This document shows positions 1-15,579 of a DNA stretch of 64,000 bases, one piece after another (position 1 is the stretch's first letter; every line of letters begins with the position of its first letter). Source of the DNA: Eledone cirrhosa (lineage: Eukaryota); contig OZ024743.1 of assembly GCA_964016885.1 (NCBI GenBank), positions 130,262,001 to 130,326,000 on the forward strand. Direction: 5' to 3'. Made by a program: the position numbers and the translations under genes. The notes under the pieces are model-generated. The model saw only the letters and a list, made by a program, of their open reading frames with translations. It ran no database searches and was not told where the DNA came from.

Positions 1-2364
1 ACCAAACACCAAACACCTAGCACCAAGCACCAAGCACCAAACACCAAGCACCAAACACCAAGCACCAAGCACCAAGCACCAAGCACCAAGCACCAAACAC
101 CAATCACCAAGCCCCAAGCACCAAACACCAAGCACCCAGCACCAAACACCAAACACCAAGCACCAAGCACCCAGAACAAAGCACCAAGCACCAAACACCA
201 AACACCAAGCTCCAAGCACCAAACACCAAACACCGAGCACCAAGCACCAAGCACCAAACACCAAACACCAAGCTCCAAGCACCAAACACCAAACACCAAG
301 CACCAAGCACCAAACACCAAACACCAAGCACCAATCACCAAACACCAAACACCAAGAACCAAGCACCAAGCACCAAACCCCAAGCACCAAACACCAAGCA
401 CCAATCACCAAACACCGAACACCAAGAACCAAGCACCAAGCACCAAACACCAAGCACCAAGCACCAAGCACCAAGCACCAAGCACCAAACACCAAGCACC
501 AAGTACCACACACCAAACACCAAGCACCAAGCACCAAACACCAAACACCAAACACCAGGCACCAAGCACCAATCACCAAGCACCAAGCAAAAACACAAAG
601 CACCAAGCACCAAGCACCAAATACCAAACACCAAACACCAGGCACCAAGCACCAAACACCAAACACCAAGCCCAAATCACCAAAGAGCAAAAACAAAACA
701 CCAAGCACCAAACACCAAACACCAAGCACCAAACACCAAACACCAAACACCAAATAGCAAAAACCAAAGAGCAAACTCCAAACACCAAACACCAAACACA
801 AAACACCAAACAGCAAACACCAAACAGCAAACTCCAAACACCAAACACCAAGCACCAAGCACCAAATCCCAAGCACCAAACACCAAGCACCAATCACCAA
901 ACACCAAGCACCAAGCACCAAACACCAAACACCAAGCACCAAGTACCAAACACCAAACACCAAGCACCAAACACTAAACAGCAAACGCAAAAAAGCAAAT
1001 GCCAAACCCCAAACGCCAAACAGCAAACGCCCAGCACCAAACACCAAACACCAAGCGCCAAGCACCAAACACCAAACACCAAGCACCAAGCACCAAACAC
1101 CAAACACCAAGCACAAATCACCAAACACCAAACACCAAGCGCCAAACACCAAACACCAAACACCTAGCACCAAGCACCAAGCACCAAACACCAAGCACCA
1201 AACACCAAGCACCAAGCACCAAGCACCAAGCACCAAGCACCAAACACCAATCACCAAGCCCCAAGCATCAAACACCAAGCACCCAGCACCAAACACCAAA
1301 CACCAAGCACCAAGCACCCAGAACAAAGCACCAAGCACCAAACACCAAACACCAAGCTCCAAGCACCAAACACCAAACACCAAGCACCAAGCACCAAGCA
1401 CCAAACACCAAACACCAAGCACCAAGCACCAAACACCAAACACCAAGCACCAATCACCAAACACCAAGCCCCAGGCGCCAAACACCAAACACCAAACACC
1501 TAGCACCAAGCACCAAGCACCGAACACCAAGCACCAAACACCAAGCACCAAGCACCAAGCACCAAGCACCAAGCACCAAACACCAATCACCAAGCCCCAA
1601 GCACCAAACACCAAGCACCAAGCACCAAACACCAAACAGCAAGCACCAAGCACCCAGAACCAAGCACCAAGCACCAAACACCAAACTACCAAGCACCAAG
1701 CACCAAACACCAAACACCAAGCACCAAGCACCAAGCACCAAGCACCAAACACCATACACCAAGCACCAAGCACCAAACACCAAAAACCAATCACCAAGCA
1801 CCAAAGAGCAAACACCAAGCCCCAAGCACCAAACACCAAACACCAAACACCAAATAGCAAACACTAAACACCAAACACCAAACAGCAAACACAAAACACC
1901 AAATAGCAAACACCAAACACCAAACACCAAACACCAAACAGCAAACACCAAACACCAAACACCAAACACCAAACAGCAAACACCAAACAGCAAACAGCAA
2001 ACAGCAAACAGCAAACACCAAACACCAAACACCAAGCACCAAGCACCAAGCACCAAACAACAACACCAAGCACCAAGCACCAAACACCAAGCACCAAGCA
2101 CCAAACACCTAACACCAAGCTCCAAGCACCAAACACCATACACCAAGCACCAAGCTCCAAACACCAATCACCAAGCACCAAGCACCAAACCCCAAGCACC
2201 AAACACCAAGCACAAATCACCAAACACCAAACACCCAGCACCAAGCACCAAACACCAAGCACCAAGCACCAAGCACCAAACACCAAGCACCAAGTACCAA
2301 ACACCAAACACCAGGCTCCAAGCACACAACACCAAGCACCAAGCACCAAGCAACAAACACCAAA

Positions 2365-4670
2365 CACCAAGCACCAAACACCAAGCACCAAGCCCCAAGC
2401 ACCAAACACCAAGCACCAAGCACCAAACACCAAGCACCAAGCACCAAGCACCATGCACCAAACACCAAGCACCAAGCACCAAACAGCAAACACCAAACAG
2501 CAAACACCAAACAGCAAACACCAAACAGCAAACACCAAACACCAAGCACCAAGCACCAAACACCATACGCCAAACACCAAACACCAAGCACCAAGCACCA
2601 AACACCAAGCACCAAGCACCAAAGACCAAACACCAAGCACCAAGCACGAAACACCAAGCACCAAGCACCGAGCACCAAACACCAAACACCAAACACCAAG
2701 CACCAAGCACCAAACACCAAACACCAAGAACCAAGCACCAAACACCAAATACCAAGCACCAAGCACTAAACACCAAACACCAAGCACCAAACACCAAGCA
2801 CCAAGCACCAAGCACCAAGCACCAAACACAAAACACCAAGTACCAAGCACCAAGCACCAAACACCAAACACCAAACACCAGGCAAAAAGCACCAAACACC
2901 AAGCACCAAGCACCAAACACCAAAGACCAAGCACAAAGCACCAAAGAGCAAAAACAAAGCACCAAGCACCAAACACCAAACACCAAACACCAAACAGCAA
3001 ACACCAAACACCAAATAGCAAACACCAAAGGGCAAACTCCAAACACCAAACAGCAAACACAAAACACCAAACAGCAAACAACAAACAGCAAACAGCAAAC
3101 AGCAAACAGCAAACAGCAAACACCAAACACCAAGCACCAAGCACCAAGCACCAAACACCAACACCAAGCACCAAGCACCAAACACCAAGCACCAAGCACC
3201 AAACACCAAACACCAAGCTCCAAGCACCAAAAAAAAAAAAACACCAAGCACCAAACCCCAAGCACCAAACACCAAGCACAAAACACCAAGCACCAAGCAC
3301 CAAACACCAAACATCAAACACCAAACAGCAAACAACAAACAACAAACGCCAAACATCAAACGCCAAACACCAAACGCCAAATAGCAAACACCAAACCGCA
3401 AACACCAAACACCAAACAGCAAACACCAAACACCAAACAGCGAACTCCAAACAGCAAACACCAAACAGCAAACAGCAAACAGCAAACACCAAACACCAAA
3501 CACCAAGCACCAAACACCATACGCCAAGCACCAAACACCAAGCACCAAGCCCCAAGCACCAAACACCAAGCACCAAGCACCAAACACCAAGCACCAAGCA
3601 CCAAGCACCATGCACCAAACACCAAGCACCAAGCACCAAACAGCAAACACCAAACAGCAAACACCAAACAGCAAACACCAAACAGCAAACACCAAACACC
3701 AAGCACCAAGCACCAAACACCATACGCCAAACACCAAACACCAAGCACCAAGCACTAAACACAAAGCACCAAGCACCAAAGACCAAACACCAAGCACCAA
3801 GCACGAAACACCAAGCACCAAGCACCGAGCACCAAACACCAAACACCAAACACCAAGCACCAAGCACCAAACACCAAACACCAAGAACCAAGCACCAAAC
3901 ACCAAATACCAAGCACCAAGCACTAAACACCAAACACCAAGCACCAAACACCAAGCACCAAGCATCAAGCACCAAGCACCAAACACAAAACACCAAGTAC
4001 CAAGCACCAAGCACCAAACACCAAACACCAAACACCAGGCAAAAAGCACCAAACACCAAGCACCAAGCACCAAACACCAAAGACCAAGCACAAAGCACCA
4101 AAGAGCAAAAACAAAGCACCAAGCACCAAACACCAAACACCAAACACCAAACAGCAAACACCAAACACCAAATAGCAAACACCAAAGGGCAAACTCCAAA
4201 CACCAAACAGCAAACACAAAACACCAAACAGCAAACAACAAACAGCAAACAGCAAACAGCAAACAGCAAACAGCAAACACCAAACACCAAGCACCAAGCA
4301 CCAAGCACCAAACACCAACACCAAGCACCAAGCACCAAACACCAAGCACCAAGCACCAAACACCAAACACCAAGCTCCAAGCACCAAAAAAAAAAAACAC
4401 CAAGCACCAAACCCCAAGCACCAAACACCAAGCACAAAACACCAAGCACCAAGCACCAAACACCAAACATCAAACACCAAACAGCAAACAACAAACAACA
4501 AACGCCAAACATCAAACGCCAAACACCAAATGCCAAATAGCAAACACCAAACCGCAAACACCAAACACCAAACAGCAAACACCAAACACCAAACAGCGAA
4601 CTCCAAACAGCAAACACCAAACAGCAAACAGCAAACAGCAAACACCAAACACCAAACACCAAGCACCAAA
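2365..4670 (+). repeat. Tandem duplication, period 1157 bp
   Basis: ATG at 2453/3610, GGG at 3030/4187 and poly-A starts at 3229/4386 all differ by 1157. Both copies share the private variant CACCAGGCAAAAAGC. Confidence 0.93.
3229..3241 (+). repeat. A13 homopolymer landmark, also at 4386-4397 (A12) and at 9410-9422, 14091-14103, 20846-20858, 30838-30850 and 37838-37850 (A13)
   Basis: Counted directly. The context is always CTCCAAGCACC-A(n)-CACCAAGCAC. Confidence 0.95.
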
Positions 4671-5790
4671 CTCCAAACACCAAGCACCAAGCACCAAGCA
4701 CAAAACACCAAGCACCAAGCGCTAAACATAAAACACTAAGCACCAAGCACCAAGCACCAAGCACCAAACACCAAACATCAAACACCAATCACCAAACATC
4801 AAACAGCAAACACCAAACACCAAACGCCAAACACAAACACCAAATAGCAAACACCAAACCGCAAACACCAAACACCAAACAGCAAACACCAAACACCAAA
4901 CAGCGAACACCAAACAGCAAACACCAAACAGCAAACACCAAACACCAAGCACCAAACACCAAACACCAAGCACGAAGCACCAAGCACAAAACACCAAGCA
5001 CCAAGCACCAAACACCAATCACCAAACACCAAACACCAAGCACCAAGCGCCAAACACCAAGCACCAAGCACCAAGCACGAAACACCAAGCACCAATCACC
5101 AAACACCAAACACCAAGCACCAAACACCAAACAGCAAACAACAAACAAGAAACGCCAAACATCAAACGCCAAACACCAAACGCCAAATAGCAAACACCAA
5201 ACCGCAAACACCAAACACCAAACAGCAAACACCAAACACCAAACAGCGAACTCCAAACAGCAAACACCAAACAGCAAACAGCAAACAGCAAACACCAAAC
5301 ACCAAACACCAAGCACCAAACTCCAAACACCAAGCACCAAGCACCAAGCACAAAACACCAAGCACCAAGCGCTAAACATAAAACACTAAGCACCAAGCAC
5401 CAAGCACCAAGCACCAAACACCAAACATCAAACACCAATCACCAAACATCAAACAGCAAACACCAAACACCAAACGCCAAACACAAACACCAAATAGCAA
5501 ACACCAAACCGCAAACACCAAACACCAAACAGCAAACACCAAACACCAAACAGCGAACACCAAACAGCAAACACCAAACAGCAAACACCAAACACCAAGC
5601 ACCAAACACCAAACACCAAGCACGAAGCACCAAGCACAAAACACCAAGCACCAAGCACCAAACACCAAGCACCAAACACCAAACACCAAGCACGAAGCGC
5701 CAAACACCAAGCACCAAGCACCAAGCACGAAACACCAAGCACCAATCACCAAACACCAAACACCAAGCACCAAACACCAAACAGCAAACA
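4471..5790 (+). repeat. Tandem duplication, period 650 bp
   Basis: GCTAAACATAAAACACTAAG occurs at 4721 and 5371. ORF-track pairs 4512/5162, 4722/5372 and 4799/5449 have offset 650. Confidence 0.92.
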
Positions 5791-6200
5791 CCAATCACCA
5801 AACACCAAACACCAAACAGCAAACACCAATCACCAAACACCAAACACCAAACACCAAACAGTAAACACCAAACACCAAACAGCAAACACCAAACACCAAA
5901 CACCAAACAGCAAACACCAAACACCAAACACCAAACAGCAAACACCAAACAAACAGCAAACAGCAAACACCAAGCAGCAAACACCAAACACCAAACAACA
6001 AACGCCAAACAGCAAACGCCAACCACCAGATGCCAAACAGCAAACGCCAAACAGCAAACGCCAAACAGCAAACACCAAACACCAAACAGCAAACACCAAA
6101 CACCAAACACCAAATAGCAAACACCAAACAGCAAACACCAAACAGCAAACACCAAACAGCAAACACCAGACAGCAAACAGCAAACACCAAACACCAAACA
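5780..6200 (+). repeat. CAGCAAA/CACCAAA sub-domain in which almost all units end in A; homologues at about 10.2-10.5, 14.95-15.24, 21.7-22.0, 38.7-39.0, 44.3-44.65, 47.5-47.8 and 49.86-50.17 kb
   Basis: CACCAAG nearly disappears locally and CAGCAAA alternates with CACCAAA. The markers CAGTAAA, CACCAAACAAACAGC and CACCAGACAGC are shared. Confidence 0.88.
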
Positions 6201-9200
6201 CCAAGCACCAAGCACCAAACACCAAGCACCAAGCAACAAGCACCAATCACCAAGCACCAAGCACTAAACACCAAACACCAAGCACCAAGCACCAAGCACC
6301 AAACAGCAAGCACCAAGCACCATGCACCAAACGCCAAGCAAAAAGCACCAAACACCAAGCACCAAGCACCAAGCACCAAACACCAAGCACCAAAGACCAA
6401 GCACCAAATACCAAGCACCAAGCACCAAACACCAATCATCAAGCCCCAAGCACCAAACACCAAGCACCCAGCACCAAACACCAAACACCAAGCACCAAGC
6501 ACCCAGAACAAAGCACCAAGCACCAAACACCAAACACCAAGCTCCAAGCACCAAACACCAAACACCAAGCACCAAGCACCAAGCACCAAACACCAAACAC
6601 CAAGCTCCAAGCACCAAACACCAAACACCAAGCACCAAGCACCAAACACCAATCACCAAGCACCAAGCACCAAACCCCAAGCACCAAACACCAAGCACCA
6701 ATCACCAAACACCAAACACCAAGAACCAAGCACCAAGCACCAAACCCCAAGCACCAAACACCAAGCACCAATCACCAAACACCGAACACCAAGAACCAAG
6801 CACCAAGCACCAAACACCAAGCACCAAGCACCAAGCACCAAGCACCAAGCAACAAACACCAAGCACCAAGTACCACACACCAAACACCAAGCACCAAGCA
6901 CCAAACACCAAACACCAAACACCAGGCACCAAGCACCAATCACCAAGCACCAAGCAAAAACACAAAGCACCAAGCACCAAGCACCAAACACCAAACACCA
7001 AACACCAAGCCCAAATCACCAAAGAGCAAAAACAAAACACCAAGCACCAAACACCAAACACCAAGCACCAAACACCAAACACCAAACACCAAACACCAAA
7101 CAGCAAACACCAAACACCAAATAGCAAAAACCAAAGAGCAAACTCCAAGCACCAAACAGCAAACACAAAACACCAAACAGCAAACAGCAAACAGCAAACT
7201 CCAAACACCAAACACCAAGCACCAAGCACCAAATCCCAAGCACCAAACACCAAGCACCAATCACCAAACACCAAGCACCAAGCACCAAACACCAAACACC
7301 AAGCACCAAGTACCAAACACCAAACACCAAGCACCAAACACTAAACAGCAAACGCAAAAAAGCAAATGCCAAACCCCAAACGCCAAACAGCAAACGCCCA
7401 GCACCAAACACCAAACACCAAGCGCCAAGCACCAAACACCAAACACCAAGCACCAAGCACAAATCACCAAACACCAAACACCAAGCGCCAAACACCAAAC
7501 ACCAAACACCTAGCACCAAGCACCAAGCACCAAACACCAAGCACCAAACACCAAGCACCAAGCACCAAGCACCAAGCACCAAGCACCAAACACCAATCAC
7601 CAAGCCCCAAGCATCAAACACCAAGCACCCAGCACCAAACACCAAACACCAGGCACCAAGCACCCAGAACAAAGCACCAAGCACCAAACACCAAACACCA
7701 AGCTCCAAGCACCAAACACTAAACACCAAGCACCAAACACCAAACACCAAGCACCAAGCACCAAACACCAAACACCAAGCACCAATCACCAAACACCAAG
7801 CCCCAAGCGCCAAACACCAAACACCAAACACCTAGCACCAAGCACCAAGCACCGAACACCAAGCACCAAACACCAAGCACCAAGCACCAAGCACCAAGCA
7901 CCAAGCACCAAACACCAATCACCAAGCCCCAAGCACCAAACACCAAGCACCAAGCACCAAAGACCAAACACCAAGCACCAAGCACCCAGAACCAAACAGC
8001 AAACACCAAACACCAAACACCAAACACCAAACAGCAAACACCAAACAGCAAACACCAAACAGCAAACAGCAAACAAGCACCAAGCACCAAACACCAAGCA
8101 CCAAGCACCAAACAACAACACCAAGCACCAAGCACCAAACACCAAGCGCCAAGCACCAAACACCAAACACCAAGCTCCAAGCACCAAACACCATACACCA
8201 AGCACCAAGCACCAAACACCAATCACCAAGCACCAAGCACCAAACCCCAAGCACCAAACACCAAGCACCAATCACCAAACACCAAACACCCAGCACCAAG
8301 CACCAAACACCAAGCACCAAGCACCAAGTACCAAACACCAAACACCAAGCACCAAGCACCAAACACCAAACACCAAGCACCAAGCACCAAACACCAAACA
8401 CCAGGCTCCAAACACAAAACACCTAGCACCAAGCACCAAGCAACAAACACCAAACACCAAGCACCAAACACCAAGCACCAAGCCACAAGCACCAAACACC
8501 AAGCACCAAGCACCAAACACCAAGCACCAAGCACCAAGCACCATGCACCAAACACCAAGCACCAAGCACCAAACAGCAAACACCAAACAGCAAACACCAA
8601 ACAGCAAACACCAAACAGCAAACACCAAACACCAAGCACCAAGCACCAAACACCATACGCCAAACACCAAACACCAAGCACCAAGCACCAAACACCAAGC
8701 ACCAAGCACCAAAGACCAAACACCAAGCACCAAGCACGAAACACCAAGCACCAAGCACCGAGCACCAAACACCAAACACCAAACACCAAGCACCAAGCAC
8801 CAAACACCAAACACCAAGAACCAAGCACCAAACACCAAATACCAAGCACCAAGCACTAAACACCAAACACCAAGCACCAAACACCAAGCACCAAGCACCA
8901 AGCACCAAGCACCAAACACAAAACACCAAGTACCAAGCACCAAGCACCAAACACCAAACACCAAACACCAAGCACCAAGCACCAAACACCAAACACCAAG
9001 CACCAAGCACCAGAGACCAAGCACCAAGCACCAAGGACCAAACACCAAACACCAAACACCAGGCACAAAGCACCAAACACCAAGCACCAAGCACCAAACA
9101 CCAAAGACCAAGCACAAAGCACCAAAGAGCAAAAACAAAGCACCAAGCACCAAACACCAAACACCAAACACCAAACAGCAAACACCAAACGCCAAATAGC

Positions 9201-11532
9201 AAACACCAAAGGGCAAACTCCAAACACCAAACAGCAAACACAAAACACCAAACAGCAAACAACAAACAGCAAACAGCAAACAGCAAACAGCAAACAGCAA
9301 ACACCAAACACCAAGCATCAAGCACCAAGCACCAAACACCAACACCAAGCACCAAGCACCAAACACCAAGCACCAAGCACCAAACACCAAACACCAATCT
9401 CCAAGCACCAAAAAAAAAAAAACACCAAGCACCAAACCCCAAGCACCAAACACCAAGCACAAAACACCAAGCACCAAGCACCAAACACCAAACATCAAAC
9501 AGCAATCACCAAACATCAAACAGCAAACACCAAACACCAAACACCAAACATCAAACACCAAACAGCAAACAACAAACAACAAACGCCAAACATCAAACGC
9601 CAAACACCAAACGCCAAATAGCAAACACCAAACCGCAAACACCAAACAGCAAACAGCAAACAGCAAACACCAAACACCAAACACCAAGCACCAAACTCCA
9701 AACACCAAGCACCAAGCACCAAGCACAAAACACCAAGCACCAAGCGCTAAATATAAAACACTAAGCACCAAGCACCAAGCACCAAGCACCAAACACCAAA
9801 CATCAAACACCAATCACCAAACATCAAACAGCAAACACCAAACACCAAACACCAAACATCAAACACCAAATAGCAAACAACAAACAACAAACGCCAAACA
9901 TCAAACGCCAAACACAAACACCAAATAGCAAACACCAAACCGCAAACACCAAACTCCAAACAGCAAACACCAAACACCAAACAGCGAACACCAAACAGCA
10001 AACACCAAACAGCAAACACCAAACACCAAGCACCAAACACCAAACACCAAGCACGAAGCACCAAGCACAAAACACCAAGCACCAAGCACCAAACACCAAG
10101 CACCAAACACCAAACACCAAGCACCAAGCGCCAAACACCAAGCACCAAGCACCAAGCACGAAACACCAAGCACCAATCACCAAACACCAAACACCAAGCA
10201 CCAAACACCAAACAGCAAACACCAATCACCAAACACCAAACACCAAACAGCAAACACCAATCACCAAACACCAAACACCAAACACCAAACAGTAAACACC
10301 AAACACCAAACAGCAAACACCAAACACCAAACACCAAACAGCAAACACCAAACACCAAACACCAAACAGCAAACACCAAACAAACAGCAAACAGCAAACA
10401 CCAAGCAGCAAACACCAAACAGCAAACACCAAACACCAAACACCAAATAGCAAACACCAAACAGCAAACACCAAACAGCAAACACCAAACAGCAAACACC
10501 AGACAGCAAACACCAAACACCAAACACCAAGCACCAAGCACCAAACACCAAGCACCAAGCAACAAGCACCAATCACCAAGCACCAAGCACTAAACACCAA
10601 ACACCAAGCACCAAGCACCAAGCACCAAACAGCAAGCACCAAGCACCATGCACCAAACGCCAAGCACCAAGCACCAAACACCAAGCACCAAGCACCAAGC
10701 ACCAAACACCAAGCACCAAAGACCAAGCACCAAATACCAAGCACCAAGCACCAAAAACCAATCACCAAGCACCAAGCACCAAACACCAAGAACCAAGCAC
10801 CAATCACTAAACACCAAACACCAAGCACCAAGCACCAAACACCAAACACCAAGCACCAAGTACCAAACACCAAACACCAAACACCAAGCACCAAGCACCA
10901 AATCCCAAGCACCAAACACCAAGCACCAAGCACCAAACACCAAACACCAAGCACCAAGCATCAAATACCAAACACCAAACACCAAGCACCACACATCAAA
11001 CACCAAGCACGAAGCACCAATCGCCAAGCACCAAGCACCAAGCAATAAACACAAAGCACCAAGCACCAAGCACCAAGCACCAAGCACCAAGCACCAAACA
11101 CCAAGCACCAAGCACCCAACACCAAACACCAATCACCAAGCACCAAAGAGCAAACACGAAGCCCCAAGCACCAAACACCCAACACCAAACACCAAACATC
11201 AAACACCAATCACGAATCACAAAACACCAAACACCAAACATCAAACACCAATCACGAATCACCAAGCACCAAACACCAAACACCAAGCACCAAGCACCAA
11301 GCACCAAACACCAAACACCAAGCACCAAGCACTAAACACCAAACACCAAGCACCAAGCACCAAGCACCAAGCACCAAGCACCAAGCACCAAACACCAAGC
11401 ACCAAGCACCAAACACCAAACACCAAGCACCAAACACCAAGCACCAAACAGCAAGCACCAAGCACCAAGCACTAGACACCAAGCACCAAGCACCAAACAC
11501 CAAACACCAAGCACCAAGCACTAAACACCAAA

Positions 11533-11623
11533 CACCAAGCACCAAGCACCAAGCACCAAGCACCAAGCACCAAGCACCAAGCACCAAGCACCAAGCACCA
11601 AGCACCAAGCACCAAGCACCAAG
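11533..11623 (+). repeat. Pure (CACCAAG)13 run; homologues at 16256-16332 (11 units), 26717-26807 (13) and 33626-33716 (13)
   Basis: Counted directly. Each run follows CACTAAA CACCAAA. Confidence 0.9.
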
Positions 11624-11939
11624 CACCAAACACCAAGCACCAAGCACCAAACAGCAAACACCAAGCACCAAACACCAAACACCAAGCACCAAGAACCAAA
11701 CACCAAACACCAAACACCAAGCACCAAGCCCCAAGCACCAAACACCAAGCACCAAGCACCAAACACCAAGCACGAAGCACCAAGCACCATGCACCAAACA
11801 CCAAGCACCAAGCACCAAACAACAAACACCAAACAGCAAACAGCAAACACCAAACACCAACCAGCAAACACCAAACACCAAACACCAAACAGCAAACACC
11901 AAACAGCAAACACCAAACAGCAAACACCAAACACCAAAC

Positions 11940-13180
11940 ACCAAACAGCAAATGCCAAAAAGCAAACGCCAAACCCCAAACGCCAAACAGCAAATGCCAA
12001 ACCCCAAACGCCAAACAGCAAACGCCAAGCGCCAAATGCCAAACACCAAGTGCCAAGCACCAAACACCAAACACCAAGCACCAAGCACCAAGCACCAAAC
12101 ACCAAACACCAAGCACCAAGTACCAAACACCAAACACCAAGCACCAAACACCAAACAGCAAACGCCAAAAAGCAAACGCCAAACCCCATACGCCAAACAG
12201 CAAATGCCAAACCCCAAACGCCAAACAGCAAACGCCAAGCACCAAACACCAAACACCAAGCGCCAAGCACCAAACACCAAACACCAAGCACCAAGCACCA
12301 AACACCAAACACCAAGCACCAATCACCAAACACCAAGCACCAAGCGCCAATCACCAAACACCAAACACCTAGCACCAAGCACCAAGCACCAAACACCAAG
12401 TACCAAACACCAATCACCAAGCCCCAAGCACCAAACACCAAGCGCCAAGCACCAAACACCAAACACCAAGCACCAAGCACCCAGAACCAAGCACCAAGCA
12501 CCAAACACCAAGCACCAAGCACCGAGCACCAAACACCAAGAACCAAGCACCAAGCTCTAAACACCAAACACCAAACACCAAACACCAAACAGCAAATGCC
12601 AAAAAGCAAACGCCAAACCCCAAACCCCAAACGCCAAACAGCAACCGCCAAGCGCCAAACGCCAAACACCAAGCGCCAAGCACCAAACACCAAACACCAA
12701 GCACCAAGCACCAAACACCAAACACCAAGCACCAAGTACCAAACACCAAACACCAAGCACCAAACACCAAACAGCAAACGCCAAAAAGAAAACGCCAAAC
12801 CCCATACGCCAAGCAGCAAATGCCAAACCCCAAACGCCAAACAGCAAACGCCAAGCACCGAACACCAAACACCAAGCGCCAAGCACCAAACACCAAACAC
12901 CAAGCACCAATCACCAAACACCAAACACCAAGCACCAATCACCAAACACCAAGCACCAAGCGCCAAGCACCAAACACCAAACACCTAGCACCAAGCACCA
13001 AGCACCAAACACCAAGTACCAAACACCAATCACCAAGTCCCAAGCACCAAACACCAAGCACCAAGCACCAAACACCAAACACCAAGCACCAAGCACCCAG
13101 AACCAAGCACCAAGCACCAAACACCAAGCACCAAGCACCGAGCACCAAACACCAAGAACCAAGCACCAAGCACTAAACAC
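11940..13180 (+). repeat. CGCC/TGCC/CCCC-rich module pair (A/B); homologues at about 16.6-17.9, 23.2-24.25, 27.1-27.86, 34.0-35.2 and 40.2-41.4 kb, and throughout 51.6-64 kb
   Basis: The string CGCCAAA AAGCAAA CGCCAAA CCCCATA CGCCAAA CAGCAAA TGCCAAA CCCCAAA CGCCAAA recurs, followed by CACCTAG...TACCAAA...CACCCAGAACC...CACCGAG...AACCAAG. Confidence 0.88.
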
Positions 13181-15579
13181 CAAACACCAAACACCAAGCG
13201 CCAAGCACCAAACACCAAACACCAAGCACCAAGCACCAAACACCAAACACCAAGCACAAATCACCAAACACCAAACACCAAGCGCCAAACACCAAACACC
13301 AAACACCTAGCACCAAGCACCAAGCACCAAACACCATACGCCAAACACCAAACACCAAGCACCAAGCACCAAACACCAAGCACCAAGCACCAAAGACCAA
13401 ACACCAAGCACCAAGCACGAAACACCAAGCACCAAGCACCGAGCACCAAACACCAAACACCAAACACCAAGCACCAAGCACCAAACACCAAACACCAAGA
13501 ACCAAGCACCAAACACCAAATACCAAGCACCAAGCACTAAACACCAAACACCAAGCACCAAACACCAAGCACCAAGCACCAAGCACCAAGCACCAAACAC
13601 AAAACACCAAGTACCAAGCACCAAGCACCAAACACCAAACACCAAACACCAAGCACCAAGCACCAAACACCAAACACCAAGCACCAAGCACCAGAGACCA
13701 AGCACCAAGCACCAAGGACCAAACACCAAACACCAAACACCAGGCACAAAGCACCAAACACCAAGCACCAAGCACCAAACACCAAAGACCAAGCACAAAG
13801 CACCAAAGAGCAAAAACAAAGCACCAAGCACCAAACACCAAACACCAAACACCAAACAGCAAACACCAAACGCCAAATAGCAAACACCAAAGGGCAAACT
13901 CCAAACACCAAACAGCAAACACAAAACACCAAACAGCAAACAACAAACAGCAAACAGCAAACAGCAAACAGCAAACAGCAAACACCAAACACCAAGCATC
14001 AAGCACCAAGCACCAAACACCAACACCAAGCACCAAGCACCAAACACCAAGCACCAAGCACCAAACACCAAACACCAAGCTCCAAGCACCAAAAAAAAAA
14101 AAACACCAAGCACCAAACCCCAAGCACCAAACACCAAGCACAAAACACCAAGCACCAAGCACCAAACACCAAACATCAAACAGCAATCACCAAACATCAA
14201 ACAGCAAACACCAAACACCAAACACCAAACATCAAACACCAAACAGCAAACAACAAACAACAAACGCCAAACATCAAACGCCAAACACCAAACGCCAAAT
14301 AGCAAACACCAAAGCGCAAACACCAAACACCAAACAGCAAACACCAAACAGCGAACTCCAAACAGCAAACACCAAACAGCAAACAGCAAACAGCAAACAC
14401 CAAACACCAAACACCAAGCACCAAACTCCAAACACCAAGCACCAAGCACCAAGCACAAAACACCAAGCACCAAGCGCTAAATATAAAACACTAAGCACCA
14501 AGCACCAAGCACCAAGCACCAAACACCAAACATCAAACACCAATCACCAAACATCAAACAGCAAACACCAAACACCAAACACCAAACATCAAACACCAAA
14601 TAGCAAACAACAAACAACAAACGCCAAACATCAAACGCCAAACACAAACACCAAATAGCAAACACCAAACCGCAAACACCAAACTCCAAACAGCAAACAC
14701 CAAACACCAAACAGCGAACACCAAACAGCAAACACCAAACAGCAAACACCAAACACCAAGCACCAAACACCAAACACCAAGCACGAAGCACCAAGCACAA
14801 AACACCAAGCACCAAGCACCAAACACCAAGCACCAAACACCAAACACCAAGCACCAAGCGCCAAACACCAAGCACCAAGCACCAAGCACGAAACACCAAG
14901 CACCAATCACCAAACACCAAACACCAAGCACCAATCACCAAACACCAAACACCAAACAGCAAACACCAATCACCAAACACCAAACACCAAACACCAAACA
15001 GTAAACACCAAACACCAAACAGCAAACACCAAACACCAAACACCAAACAGCAAACACCAAACACCAAACACCAAACAGCAAACACCAAACAAACAGCAAA
15101 CAGCAAACACCAAGCAGCAAACACCAAACAGCAAACACCAAACACCAAACACCAAATAGCAAACACCAAACAGCAAACACCAAACAGCAAACACCAAACA
15201 GCAAACACCAGACAGCAAACAGCAAACACCAAACACCAAACACCAAGCACCAAGCACCAAACACCAAGCACCAAGCAACAAGCACCAATCACCAAGCACC
15301 AAGCACTAAACACCAAACACCAAGCACCAAGCACCAAGCACCAAACAGCAAGCACCAAGCACCATGCACCAAACGCCAAGCACCAAGCACCAAACACCAA
15401 GCACCAAGCACCAAGCACCAAACACCAAGCACCAAAGACCAAGCACCAAATACCAAGCACCAAGCACCAAACACCAATCACCAAGCACCAAGCACCAAAC
15501 ACCAAGAACCAAGCACCAATCACTAAACACCAAACACCAAGCACCAAGCACCAAACACCAAACACCAAGCACCAAGTAC

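Larger units (their letters stand above)
1..8640 (+). repeat. Module series repeated at about 6.1-6.4 kb offset (about 1-2.9 kb vs about 6.4-9 kb)
   Basis: Landmarks GTACCACACACC, GCAAAAACACAAAG, GCCCAAATCACCAAAGAGC and CGCAAAAAAGCAAATGCC occur in the same order in both regions. ORF-track pairs 335/6702, 573/6940, 894/7261 and 999/7366 have offset 6367, and 2453/8543 has offset 6090. Confidence 0.85.

Noticed and set aside
9746-14495. TATAAAA at about 9752 and 14482 as TATA boxes
   Set aside because: This is a single C->T variant of the CATAAAA heptamer found in the other copies, with no gene downstream.
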